DNA of 64,000 bases, taken from positions 3,658,001 to 3,722,000 of the forward strand of contig CATNEN010000012.1 in the NCBI GenBank assembly GCA_950097015.1, given 5' to 3'. Below, one piece after another: positions 24,701 through 36,700 of the stretch (position 1 is its first letter; each line of letters starts with the position of its first letter). The notes below the pieces were generated by a model. The model had not been told where the DNA came from. It saw only the letters and a program-made list of their open reading frames with translations, and searched no databases. Source of the DNA: Macrostomum hystrix. Taxonomy: Eukaryota; Animalia; Platyhelminthes. The translations under genes and the position numbers were made by a program.

Positions 24701-27700
24701 GATCACCAAACTCTTTAACGCCTGCTTCAGTCAAGGGATCTTCCCCAGCGCTTGGAAGAAAGCTGTGGTGACAATGATCCCGAAGCCTGACAAACCGCCA
24801 GACAATCCAAACTCGTACAGGCCAATCAGCCTGACCTCTTGCTTAGGCAAGGTGTTTGAGAAGCTGATTGCCAAGAGACTCTCCAAATACCTTGAGGACA
24901 AGAACATTCTTGGCGATGACCAATGCGCTTATCGCAAAGTCCACTCCACCTACGACAACCTGTGCCGACTGGTGCAGGACATGATGGTCGCAAAGTGCAA
25001 AGCAAAGAGGGCCGCTGCAGTCTTCCTTGATGTAGAGGCGGCCTTTGACTCTGCCTGGCACGACATGCTCAGGAGCCGCATGCTCAACGCTGGCTTTCCT
25101 TCAATGCTGACGCGCATCCTGTCTGACTACCTCAGGAACAGGTACATCCAGGTGCGAGTCAACAACTCGCTCAGTGAGCTGATCAGAATCCTAGCTGGCG
25201 TACCTCAGGGAGGCATCTTGAGTCCTCTCCTGTACCTGCTGTACGTCAGCACAATGCCGATTCCTGAGAATCCAAACGTGAAACGCAGTCAATTTGCTGA
25301 CGACATGGCCATCTGGGCCTCCGCAGACACCTTTGCTGGTCTGCGGACATGCCTCCAGAGCTACCTCAGACAAGTCTGGGAGTGGTGCGGAAAGCAAGGC
25401 ATCAGACTGAATGCCGACAAGAGCAAGGCCATCGCCTTCAACTACAAGCCGACAGCTCGCGCCGACTTGCGACCCAAACTGCAGCTGGGGCAGACGGTGG
25501 TCCCCTACTGTCAGGAAGTAAAATTTCTAGGTGTCCTCCTCGACGCCAATCTTTGCCTGAATAAACACGTCGACAACATGGCGAACACGTGCAGGGCCAT
25601 TGTCATGTCCCTGTGCCGCATCGCCAAGATCACCAAACTGAGCAGCGTCACTCTCAGAATGCTGTACAGGGCCTACGGTGAGAGCGCTCTCACCTACGGC
25701 GCCCCAATCTTGACTCTGATCTGCGTCACCAATCAGATCAAGCTACAAAAGATCCAGAACCTTGCTCTGCGAATCTGCTACGGTGTGCCTTCCTACCTGA
25801 GCACCGAGTACCTTCACAAAATGGCCGGCATGCCAATGCTCTCGGCCAGAGTCAAACAGCTCGGTGTGGCCTGGCTGCTCAAGATGAGAGCAGCTCGACT
25901 GCACGGCTTCCACATCGAGCCGGAGCTGCCTCGCGCTCCGGGCCGAGTCCCCATCCTCAATGTCCTGTGGGCTACCCTGAGGCGGGGACAAATCAACAGG
26001 CAGAACCGACTCCAAATCCAGGGTTGAGCAGTCTCTGACAACTATGGCCCTGAAAGAAAAACCAAAATGAAACTCAAATAGCTGCCTGAGCTCAAGAGGG
26101 CTGGTGAGCAGTGCTCAGCTGCTATGATATTATATTCTTTACGTTTTTCAAACTGATTAACGTGATTTTATTGCCTAAAAAGTACTTTTTGCTTTTGTTA
26201 TGTTGCTATTTGCTCATAAACTGCTAGCTCTTTACACACCAGAGTTTTTAATTCCCAAATAAATCCTTTCTTTTTACTTTTGCCTATTTTTATACGTAAT
26301 ATGTACCGCATTGCCTAGAAATGTTTTTAATTCGCATTTCATGGTTTAATTTACTATTTTTATTTTCTATTTTTGCTAACAAATATTCTAATTGCTTTTA
26401 ATTGCGCTCACAAATATCTTGCATGCATGCCTTTTAGATTTCCCTTTTTTATTAGATCCCTTCTTTGTGCGGGATTCCCTTTGTATATTTCTCCCCTTTT
26501 ATCTTCCAATGCGTGCCCAAATATTGCCAAATATTGAATTATTGTTTTATTGTTTTATTTTTATTTTCAATATTCGTATAATCCAGATCGAAACGCTTGT
26601 ATATTTTAAATAAATTTCGATTAAATATATTAAAAAATATAGCGGCAGAGTTCCTCGGAACTGACCCGCTCCCCAGTACTTCGGGGAATTCGTTTTAACA
26701 ACAAAGATTTCCGTGGAGAGGTACATTCATTGAGTGTTCCTTGATTTGTGCAACCCCATTCCTAGAAGGGGGTACTTTTAAAGTACACCAGTAAGCTCCC
26801 TATAGTGCTCCTTGTTCATTCTCACCTGTTTTAGTTTTATTTTTGCAGTCTCTCTCTCCCCCTGTACTTGTAGTTTTAGTTTTATTCTAGCAGTCCCCCA
26901 CCCCCTCCCTTGAGTGCGCACTTTGTGTGCCACCTGCCCCCTTTGCTTATTTTGTTTACCTTGCACCAGTGAGAAATCACGCCATATGGCTGCGAATCGC
27001 GCCACAACTTCAAAAAAACACGACGGCCGCCCCTCGCTCGAGCATCGGTACGGCCGCACCGAAGACGCCAGTCGCAAGCTGCAGCCGAAGGTCGCGACAG
27101 CGCTGATGTCGACTCCGATGCCGGCCAGCGAGACCTCTGAACCGGCAACCAGCACCCAAGACCGCGGCTCGCTCAGCCCACCAGAAGGTCGGCTAGTGAT
27201 AGTCGAGGACGAGTCTCAAGCAGTGACTGCGGCCCCCGAGACTGCGGACTCAAACGAGACGGCCGACAGAATGTCCGTCGATGAAGCCGAGGCAGCCGAG
27301 ACGGCTGCTCAACAGACTGAGGCTGCGGCAGCACCTGCGACAGCGCCAACAGCATCCGAGTCGGCTGCGAGTGCCCAGACGACAATTCCGAAGCCCACCG
27401 CTGCACAGTCAGACGCCGACATCTCGCAGATCGTCTTCCCTGACGAGCCGGACTTCAGCGAGTGCCAGCAGACGACCTACGCGGGCGACTGCACCATCGT
27501 CTACGCGCCCTACTTTCTTGGCGAGGTCGCTGACCAAATATACCAGCGCCTGATGGCAGACGTGCTCCCACTCGCCTTCCGTCATCGCCCGCACGAGCAG
27601 CGCCGTGTCTTCTGGATCGGCCCGGCGTACACCTACAGCGGGGTTGAGCTGAAGGAGAATCAAACCTGGCATCCAGTAATCGAAGACATTCGTGACTTCC

Positions 27701-30700
27701 TTTACGACGATGCTGGGCTCGAGGTCCCGAAGTTCAACTCCGTTCTGGTGAACTTCTACACCGAGCCGGAGGACCGGATTCCGTGGCATGCGGATGACGA
27801 GGAGGAGCTCGGCGACAAGCCGACCATCGCTACAGTGTCGTTCGGCGCTGAGCGAACTTTTATGTTGCGTCGACGTGACGGAAACGTCACGCATCGATTT
27901 CAGACGCTCCCGGGATCGCTGATCCTCATGGGAGGCAATTGTCAAAAGCGGCTGCAGCATCAGGTGCCTGCAGTTCGCACCCAGACCGGCGTCCGCATCT
28001 CACTGACGTTCCGCGTCACCAAGCCGGAGCTGCGGCGCAAGAGGGCGGCGACCGACGACCCAACCTACAGCCAGCCACTGGACTGCGGTCCCTTCGGCGA
28101 CCGGCAAGGCAACCCAGGCCAGCCCCAGGACCAGCAGGCAGAGCGCGGCGGCGGCGGTCAGCGCGGCGCACGTGGTCAGCGCGGCGGCGGCGGTCAGCAG
28201 CGAGGCAGCCGCGGTGGCGGCGGCGGCAGACAGCGAGGCACGCGAGGTGGCGGCGGCGGCCGAGGTGCGGCGGCTGGTGCGGCGGCAGCGTCGGCGACCG
28301 CGGTGACGGGTTCGTCGGCGGCGTCGGCGGCGGCGGCAGCGGCGGCTGCTTCAACGACCCAGGCTGCGACAGCGCGGCCCTATGCGCAGGTGGCTTCGGC
28401 CCGCGCTCCATTGCGAAGACCCCAGGCTGCCATTCCACCGGTGGTCTTTGAAGTGCACCGAAACGCGGCGGGCAAGCTGGTGGCCTTCATCACCTGGCTG
28501 CAGGCCAACTTTGCCGGCGATGCCCGTGCCGTCAACACAGCCGAAATGGCCAATCAGCCCGCCTACCTAGTATTCCCGGCCACTGAGCGGGATTACAACG
28601 TCTTCCTAGGCGGTGCTCTGCGTCAGGACAGCCTCCTCGGACACCGTGTCGAGCGTCGACCAGCACGATCACGGCCGCTGGACAACCGGACTGGCGCTGA
28701 CAGAGTACGGCAGCAGCCACTGCTCACCTTTGTGGCGCTCGACGTGCCGTTTTCCTTCACGGAAGCCGAATTCGCCAGCATGCTCCGCGAGTCCCTGAAG
28801 CTCGACATCACGAGTGTGCATCGGATCCGTGCGCGAGCATCCGGGCAGGCCACCCGGTACATGCGCATCTTTACGAAGTCGAGAGCGACATTCGACCAGT
28901 GCCTTCGCGAAGGCATCTGCACTGACTTTCTGAAGTTCAGCTGCGAAGAGAGCCGCACCGACGAGCCGGTCCGCGCCCTGCAGTGCCAGCGCTGCCAGCA
29001 GTTCGGCCACCGTGCAGCTCAGTGCCAGGTGGAGCTGCGATGCCGAATCTGCGGCGGCTCGCATGCCTGGAAGGACTGCCAGCACGAAGGCCCGGCGACA
29101 TGCTCCAACTGCGGTGGTCAGCACCGCACGACCAGCCGAGCCTGCACTGTTGCGCAGGAGGAGCACGCCAAGGCGACGAAGGCGGCAGCTGAGGCCAAAG
29201 CTGCTGCGGCGCGAGCTGCGGAAGCCGCGGCTACGGATGCTCCGCCTGCCTCGAGTGCGCCCGCCGACGTGTCCGACGCTTCGGACAGTGGCTGGCTGAT
29301 GCGCCAAGGCCGCCGCAACGTGCCCGTCAATGCCGCCATCCGGCCGCTGTTCATCAGCAACGATGATGCCAGGAGCCGACCGGCTGCCGAGACTGTCAGC
29401 GCCAGGTGCACGAGCGCCAATGAGGCTGCACCCTCCCTGGACGCTGGCAGTGAGCCACAGCAGCAGCAGCAGCAGACTGACTTGAAGCAGATGGTGAGCA
29501 TGCTGTTGCCCCTGATCACCCGCTCTCTGACCCAGGTGATTGTGCGGGCCCTGTCCAGGCCGCCTGGTGAGCTCCTCACAGTGGAATCGACCAGTAAAAT
29601 GGTTGAGGACATTGTGCGGGCTGTCCTCCAGGACGTGTCTGGCATGGCCTCCACCGCCACCGTGGTCGTGGGCCCAGGCAGCTAAACCAGAAAACTGTAA
29701 ATTCCTCAATTTAAATGGGAACCCTATTACCCAGACAACGGGTCTGAAAATTATGCACCTCAACTGCAGAGGGTTTCACCCGAAAAGCAGAGAACTCACC
29801 CAATGGGTCATTAGTCAAGAGATAGACATTGCTCTCTTCTCTGAAACCATTCTCAAGAGTTCGCACACGGTCCAGATCCCTGGCTACTCCATCATCCGGT
29901 ACGACACTCCGCAAGTCAGACGCGGCCTGCTCCTTGCTCACTCACCGCGCGTGAAACTCACAAATGTTCGCTTGCACTACGACAATGTGAACCATGAAGC
30001 CATCTCCTGCACCGTCAGCCTGTCTGACAACTCCCACGGTGCCGACTTTAATCTGGCTCTGGTGTACAGGTCTCCGGCACCTTACCACCTGAACCTGAAC
30101 CTGCTCAAGAGCCTGGTCTCGCGCAGACGCAGTGTTCTCCTTGGCGACCTCAATGCCAGACACCGCTTCCTTGGCGGTGACAGCAGCAACAACAGGGCTG
30201 GCCATGAGCTGTACGACTGGCTCTCTGAAGGTCTGGCCTCGCCCACCATCCTCAATCAAGTTGGCCAGTTCACCAGAATCGCCACCAAAAATGGCGTCAC
30301 TTCCAGGAATGTCTTGGACCTCGGCCTGGCCACGGAGGACTTTCTGCCCTTTGTGCAGGACTTTGCAGTCGGTCCCGACCTGGACAGCGACCACCTGCCA
30401 ATCATCCTCACCCTCAACATTCAGTCGGCAAAGTGGGCAGGTCCCGCTAAGCCGAAAAACTTTTCCAAAACCGACTGGGATCAGTTCAGGCTGAAGATCA
30501 GTGAAGCCCTTCTTCCTGACCAGCCGACTCGCCTATCGAGTGCTCAGCAAATCGACGCCGAGGTCGAGCTCATCACAAAGGCCATCCACACGGTCATTGA
30601 GTCGACTGTGCCAGACTGTGGTGGCCGAAATGCTCTGCCCAAGCACATCCTTGAGCTGATTAGAGAGCGCCGACGACTCAGACGCCTCTTCAACAGCACC

Positions 30701-33700
30701 CGGGATGAAAACTTTAAAAGGCTGGCCAACCAAATGGCCAACAGGATCAAAAGGGAAATTACGTCCTTCCAGAGCGGCAAGCTCACCAAGCTGTGTGAGA
30801 ATGTTGTCGAGAACAGCAAGAACAGCAAGGTCAAGAACTTCTGGCATGACACCAGGAAGCTGATGGGCAAGTTCAAGCCCAGCTCCATCCCAACCCTCAC
30901 TTCGGGTCAAACCAGTGCGCACACTGATCTGGAGAAAGCGAACCTTCTCGCTGCCACTCTGGACTCAAAGATGCGCCCAGTCCCATCCACTTGCGAGCAG
31001 CTCAAACAGGAGGTGGCCGAAGTGGCCAAGTTCATCGCTTTCTATCCGATTCCGGCCGACATCAATGGCATAGCCACTCACCCGCTTGAAGCCGCATTCA
31101 CTGTAGCCGACACAGTGTGGGAGCTTGAGCACCTCAAGCCTGATGGAGCACCCGGGCTGGATAAGATTCCCAATCGAGTGCTCAAACTCGGCCTTGAAGG
31201 CGTGGCGATCACCAGGATCACCAAACTCTTTAACGCCTGCTTCAGTCAAGGGATCTTCCCCAGCGCTTGGAAGAAAGCTGTGGTGACAATGATCCCGAAG
31301 CCTGACAAACCGCCAGACAATCCAAACTCGTACAGGCCAATCAGCCTGACCTCTTGCTTAGGCAAGGTGTTTGAGAAGCTGATTGCCAAGAGACTCTCCA
31401 AATACCTTGAGGACAAGAACATTCTTGGCGATGACCAATGCGCTTATCGCAAAGTCCACTCCACCTACGACAACCTGTGCCGACTGGTGCAGGACATGAT
31501 GGTCGCAAAGTGCAAAGCAAAGAGGGCCGCTGCAGTCTTCCTTGATGTAGAGGCGGCCTTTGACTCTGCCTGGCACGACATGCTCAGGAGCCGCATGCTC
31601 AACGCTGGCTTTCCTTCAATGCTGACGCGCATCCTGTCTGACTACCTCAGGAACAGGTACATCCAGGTGCGAGTCAACAACTCGCTCAGTGAGCTGATCA
31701 GAATCCTAGCTGGCGTACCTCAGGGAGGCATCTTGAGTCCTCTCCTGTACCTGCTGTACGTCAGCACAATGCCGATTCCTGAGAATCCAAACGTGAAACG
31801 CAGTCAATTTGCTGACGACATGGCCATCTGGGCCTCCGCAGACACCTTTGCTGGTCTGCGGACATGCCTCCAGAGCTACCTCAGACAAGTCTGGGAGTGG
31901 TGCGGAAAGCAAGGCATCAGACTGAATGCCGACAAGAGCAAGGCCATCGCCTTCAACTACAAGCCGACAGCTCGCGCCGACTTGCGACCCAAACTGCAGC
32001 TGGGGCAGACGGTGGTCCCCTACTGTCAGGAAGTAAAATTTCTAGGTGTCCTCCTCGACGCCAATCTTTGCCTGAATAAACACGTCGACAACATGGCGAA
32101 CACGTGCAGGGCCATTGTCATGTCCCTGTGCCGCATCGCCAAGATCACCAAACTGAGCAGCGTCACTCTCAGAATGCTGTACAGGGCCTACGGTGAGAGC
32201 GCTCTCACCTACGGCGCCCCAATCTTGACTCTGATCTGCGTCACCAATCAGATCAAGCTACAAAAGATCCAGAACCTTGCTCTGCGAATCTGCTACGGTG
32301 TGCCTTCCTACCTGAGCACCGAGTACCTTCACAAAATGGCCGGCATGCCAATGCTCTCGGCCAGAGTCAAACAGCTCGGTGTGGCCTGGCTGCTCAAGAT
32401 GAGAGCAGCTCGACTGCACGGCTTCCACATCGAGCCGGAGCTGCCTCGCGCTCCGGGCCGAGTCCCCATCCTCAATGTCCTGTGGGCTACCCTGAGGCGG
32501 GGACAAATCAACAGGCAGAACCGACTCCAAATCCAGGGTTGTGCAGTCTCTGACACCTATGGCCCTGAAAGAAAACCAAAATGAAACTCAAATAGCTGCC
32601 TGAGCTCAAGAGGGCTGGTGAGCAGTGCTCAGCTGCTATGATATTATATTCTTTACGTTTTCAAACTGATTAACGTGATTTTATTGCCTAAAAAGTACTT
32701 TTTGCTTTTGTTATGTTGCTATTTGCTCATAAACTGCTAGCTCTTTACACACCAGAGTTTTTAATTCCCAAATAAATCCTTTCTTTTTACTTTTGCCTAT
32801 TTTTATACGTAATATGTACCGCATTGCCTAGAAATGTTTTTAATTCGCATTTCATGGTTTAATTTACTATTTTTATTTTCTATTTTTGCTAACAAATATT
32901 CTAATTGCTTTTAATTGCGCTCACAAATATCTTGCATGCATGCCTTTTAGATTTCCCTTTTTTATTAGATCCCTTCTTTGTGCGGGATTCCCTTTGTATA
33001 TTTCTCCCCTTTTATCTTCCAATGCGTGCCCAAATATTGCCAAATATTGAATTATTGTTTTATTGTTTTATTTTTATTTTCAATATTCGTATAATCCAGA
33101 TCGAAACGCTTGTATATTTTAAATAAATTTCGATTAAATATATTAAAAAATATAGCGGCAGAGTTCCTCGGAACTGACCCGCTCCCCAGTACTTCGGGGA
33201 ATTCGTTTTAACAACAAAGATTTCCGTGGAGAGGTACATTCATTGAGTGTTCCTTGATTTGTGCAACCCCATTCCTAGAAGGGGGTACTTTTAAAGTACA
33301 CCAGTAAGCTCCCTATAGTGCTCCTTGTTCATTCTCACCTGTTTTAGTTTTATTTTTGCAGTCTCTCTCTCCCCCTGTACTTGTAGTTTTAGTTTTAGTT
33401 TTAGTCTAGCAGTCCCCCACCCCCTCCCTTGAGTGCGCACTTTGTGTGCCACCTGCCCCCTTTGCTTATTTTGTTTACCTTGCACCAGTGAGAAATCACG
33501 CCATATGGCTGCGAATCGCGCCACAACTTCAAAAAAACACGACGGCCGCCCCTCGCTCGAGCATCGGTACGGCCGCACCGAAGACGCCAGTCGCAAGCTG
33601 CAGCCGAAGGTCGCGACAGCGCTGATGTCGACTCCGACGCCGGCCAGCGAGACCTCAGAACCGGCCAACAGCGCCCAAGACCGCGGCTCGTTCAGCCCAC

Positions 33701-36700
33701 CAGAAGGTCGGCTTGTCATCGTCGAAGACGAGCCTCCAGCAGTGACTGCGGCCCCCGCGACTGCGGACTCAAACGAGACGGCCGACAGAATGTCCGTCGA
33801 TGAAGCCGAGGCAGCCGAGACGGCTGCTCAACAGACTGAGGCTGCGGCAGCACCTGCGCCAGCGCCAACAGCATCCGAGTCGGCTGCTATTGCCCAGACG
33901 ACAATTCCGAAGCCCACCGCTGCACAGTCAGACGCCGACATCTCGCAGATCGTCTTCCCTGACGAGCCGGACTTCAGCGAGTGCCAGCAGACGACCTACG
34001 CGGGCGACTGCACCATCGTCTACGCGCCCTACTTTCTTGGCGAGGTCGCTGACCAAATATACCAGCGCCTGATGGCAGACGTGCTCCCACTCGCCTTCCG
34101 TCATCGCCCGCACGAGCAGCGCCGTGTCTTCTGGATCGGCCCGGCGTACACCTACAGCGGGGTTGAGCTGAAGGAAAATCAAACCTGGCATCCAGTAATC
34201 GAAGACATTCGTGACTTCCTTTACGACGATGCTGGGCTCGAGGTCCCGAAGTTCAACTCCGTTCTGGTGAACTTCTACACCGAGCCGGAGGACCGGATTC
34301 CGTGGCATGCGGATGACGAGGAGGAGCTCGGCGACAAGCCGACCATCGCTACAGTGTCGTTCGGCGCTGAGCGAACTTTTATGTTGCGTCGACGTGACGG
34401 AAACGTCACGCATCGATTTCAGACGCTCCCGGGATCGCTGATCCTCATGGGAGGCAATTGTCAAAAGCGGCTGCAGCATCAGGTGCCTGCAGTTCGCACC
34501 CAGACCGGCGTCCGCATCTCACTGACGTTCCGCGTCACCAAGCCGGAGCTGCGGCGCAAGAGGGCGGCGACCGACGACCCAACCTACAGCCAGCCACTGG
34601 ACTGCGGTCCCTTCGGCGACCGGCAAGGCAACCCAGGCCAGCCCCAGGACCAGCAGGCAGAGCGCGGCGGCGGCGGTCAGCGCGGCGCACGTGGTCAGCG
34701 CGGCGGCGGCGGTCAGCAGCGAGGCAGCCGCGGTGGCGGCGGCGGCAGACAGCGAGGCACGCGAGGTGGCGGCGGCGGCCGAGGTGCGGCGGCTGGTGCG
34801 GCGGCAGCGTCGGCGACCGCGGTGACGGGTTCGTCGGCGGCGTCGGCGGCGGCGGCAGCGGCGGCTGCTTCAACGACCCAGGCTGCGACAGCGCGGCCCT
34901 ATGCGCAGGTGGCTTCGGCCCGCGCTCCATTGCGAAGACCCCAGGCTGCCATTCCACCGGTGGTCTTTGAAGTGCACCGAAACGCGGCGGGCAAGCTGGT
35001 GGCCTTCATCACCTGGCTGCAGGCCAACTTTGCCGGCGATGCCCGTGCCGTCAACACAGCCGAGATGGCCAATCAGCCCGCCTACCTAGTATTCCCGGCC
35101 ACTGAGCGGGATTACAACGTCTTCCTAGGCGGTGCTCTGCGTCAGGACAGCCTCCTCGGACACCGTGTCGAGCGTCGACCAGCACGATCACGGCCGCTGG
35201 ACAACCGGACTGGCGCTGACAGAGTACGGCAGCAGCCACTGCTCACCTTTGTGGCGCTCGACGTGCCGTTTTCCTTCACGGAAGCCGAATTCGCCAGCAT
35301 GCTCCGCGAGTCCCTGAAGCTCGACATCACGAGTGTGCATCGGATCCGTGCGCGAGCATCCGGGCAGGCCACCCGGTACATGCGCATCTTTACGAAGTCG
35401 AGAGCCACATTCGACCAGTGCCTTCGCGAAGGCATCTGCACTGACTTTCTGAAGTTCAGCTGCGAAGAGAGCCGCACCGACGAGCCGGTCCGCGCCCTGC
35501 AGTGCCAGCGCTGCCAGCAGTTCGGCCACCGTGCAGCTCAGTGCCAGGTGGAGCTGCGATGCCGAATCTGCGGCGGCTCGCATGCCTGGAAGGACTGCCA
35601 GCACGAAGGCCCGGCGACATGCTCCAACTGCGGTGGTCAGCACCGCACGACCAGCCGAGCCTGCACTGTTGCGCAGAAGGAGCACGCCAAGGCGACGAAG
35701 GCGGCAGCTGAGGCCAAAGCTGCTGCGGCGCGAGCTGCGGAAGCCGCGGCTACGGATGCTCCGCCTGCCTCGAGTGCGCCCGCCGACGTGTCCGACGCTT
35801 CGGACAGTGGCTGGCTGATGCGCCAAGGCCGCCGCAACGTGCCCGTCAATGCCGCCATCCGGCCGCTGTTCATCAGCAACGATGATGCCAGGAGCCGACC
35901 GGCTGCCGAGACTGTCAGCGCCAGGTGCACGAGCGCCAATGAGGCTGCACCCTCCCTGGATGCTGGCAGTGAGCCACAGCAGCAACAGCAGCAGCAGACT
36001 GACTTGAAGCAGATGGTGAGCATGCTGTTGCCCCTGATCACCCGCTCTCTGACCCAGGTGATTGTGCGGGCCCTGTCCAGACCGCCTGGTGAGCTCCTCA
36101 CAGTGGAATCGACCAGTAAAATGGTTGAGGACATTGTGCGGGCTGTCCTCCAGGACGTGTCTGGCATGGCCTCCACCGCCACCGTGGTCGTGGGCCCAGG
36201 CAGCTAAACCAGAAAACTGTAAATTCCTCAATTTAAATGGGAACCCTATTACCCAGACAACGGGTCTGAAAATTATGCACCTCAACTGCAGAGGGTTTCA
36301 CCCGAAAAGCAGAGAACTCACCCAATGGGTCATTAGTCAAGAGATAGACATTGCTCTCTTCTCTGAAACCATTCTCAAGAGTTCGCACACGGTCCAGATC
36401 CCTGGCTACTCCATCATCCGGTACGACACTCCGCATGTCAGACGCGGCTTGCTCCTTGCTCACTCACCGCGCGTGAAACTCACAAATGTTCGCTTGCACT
36501 ACGACAATGTGAACCATGAAGCCATCTCCTGCACCGTCAGCCTGTCTGACAACTCTCACGGTGCCGACTTTAATCTGGCTCTGGTGTACAGGTCTCCGGC
36601 ACCTTACCACCTGAACCTGAACCTGCTCAAGAGCCTGGTCTCGCGCAGACGCAGTGTTCTCCTTGGCGACCTCAATGCCAGACACCGCTTCCTTGGCGGT

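Larger units (their letters stand above)
20191..26702 (+). mobile_element. Non-LTR retrotransposon copy 1 (6512 bp), U5-inserted, AlkB-bearing
   Basis: U5 3' segment, 5' UTR, ORF1, ORF2 (APE-RT, no RNase H), AT-rich 3' UTR, terminal hairpins and TTAACAAC tail. Jockey/I-group-like motifs: AVFLDVEAAFD, GVPQGGILSPLLY, QFADD. Confidence 0.95.
26703..33215 (+). mobile_element. Non-LTR retrotransposon copy 2 (6513 bp)
   Basis: Near-identical to copy 1; begins AAAGATTTCCGTGGAGAGG directly after the copy 1 AAC tail. Confidence 0.95.

Noticed and set aside
26050-26130. Possible hammerhead ribozyme in the 3' UTR (CTGGTGAG-stem)
   Set aside because: No GAAA after stem II and the core deviates from CUGANGA; kept only as a hairpin. 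No HDV-like fold was evident at the 5' end either.
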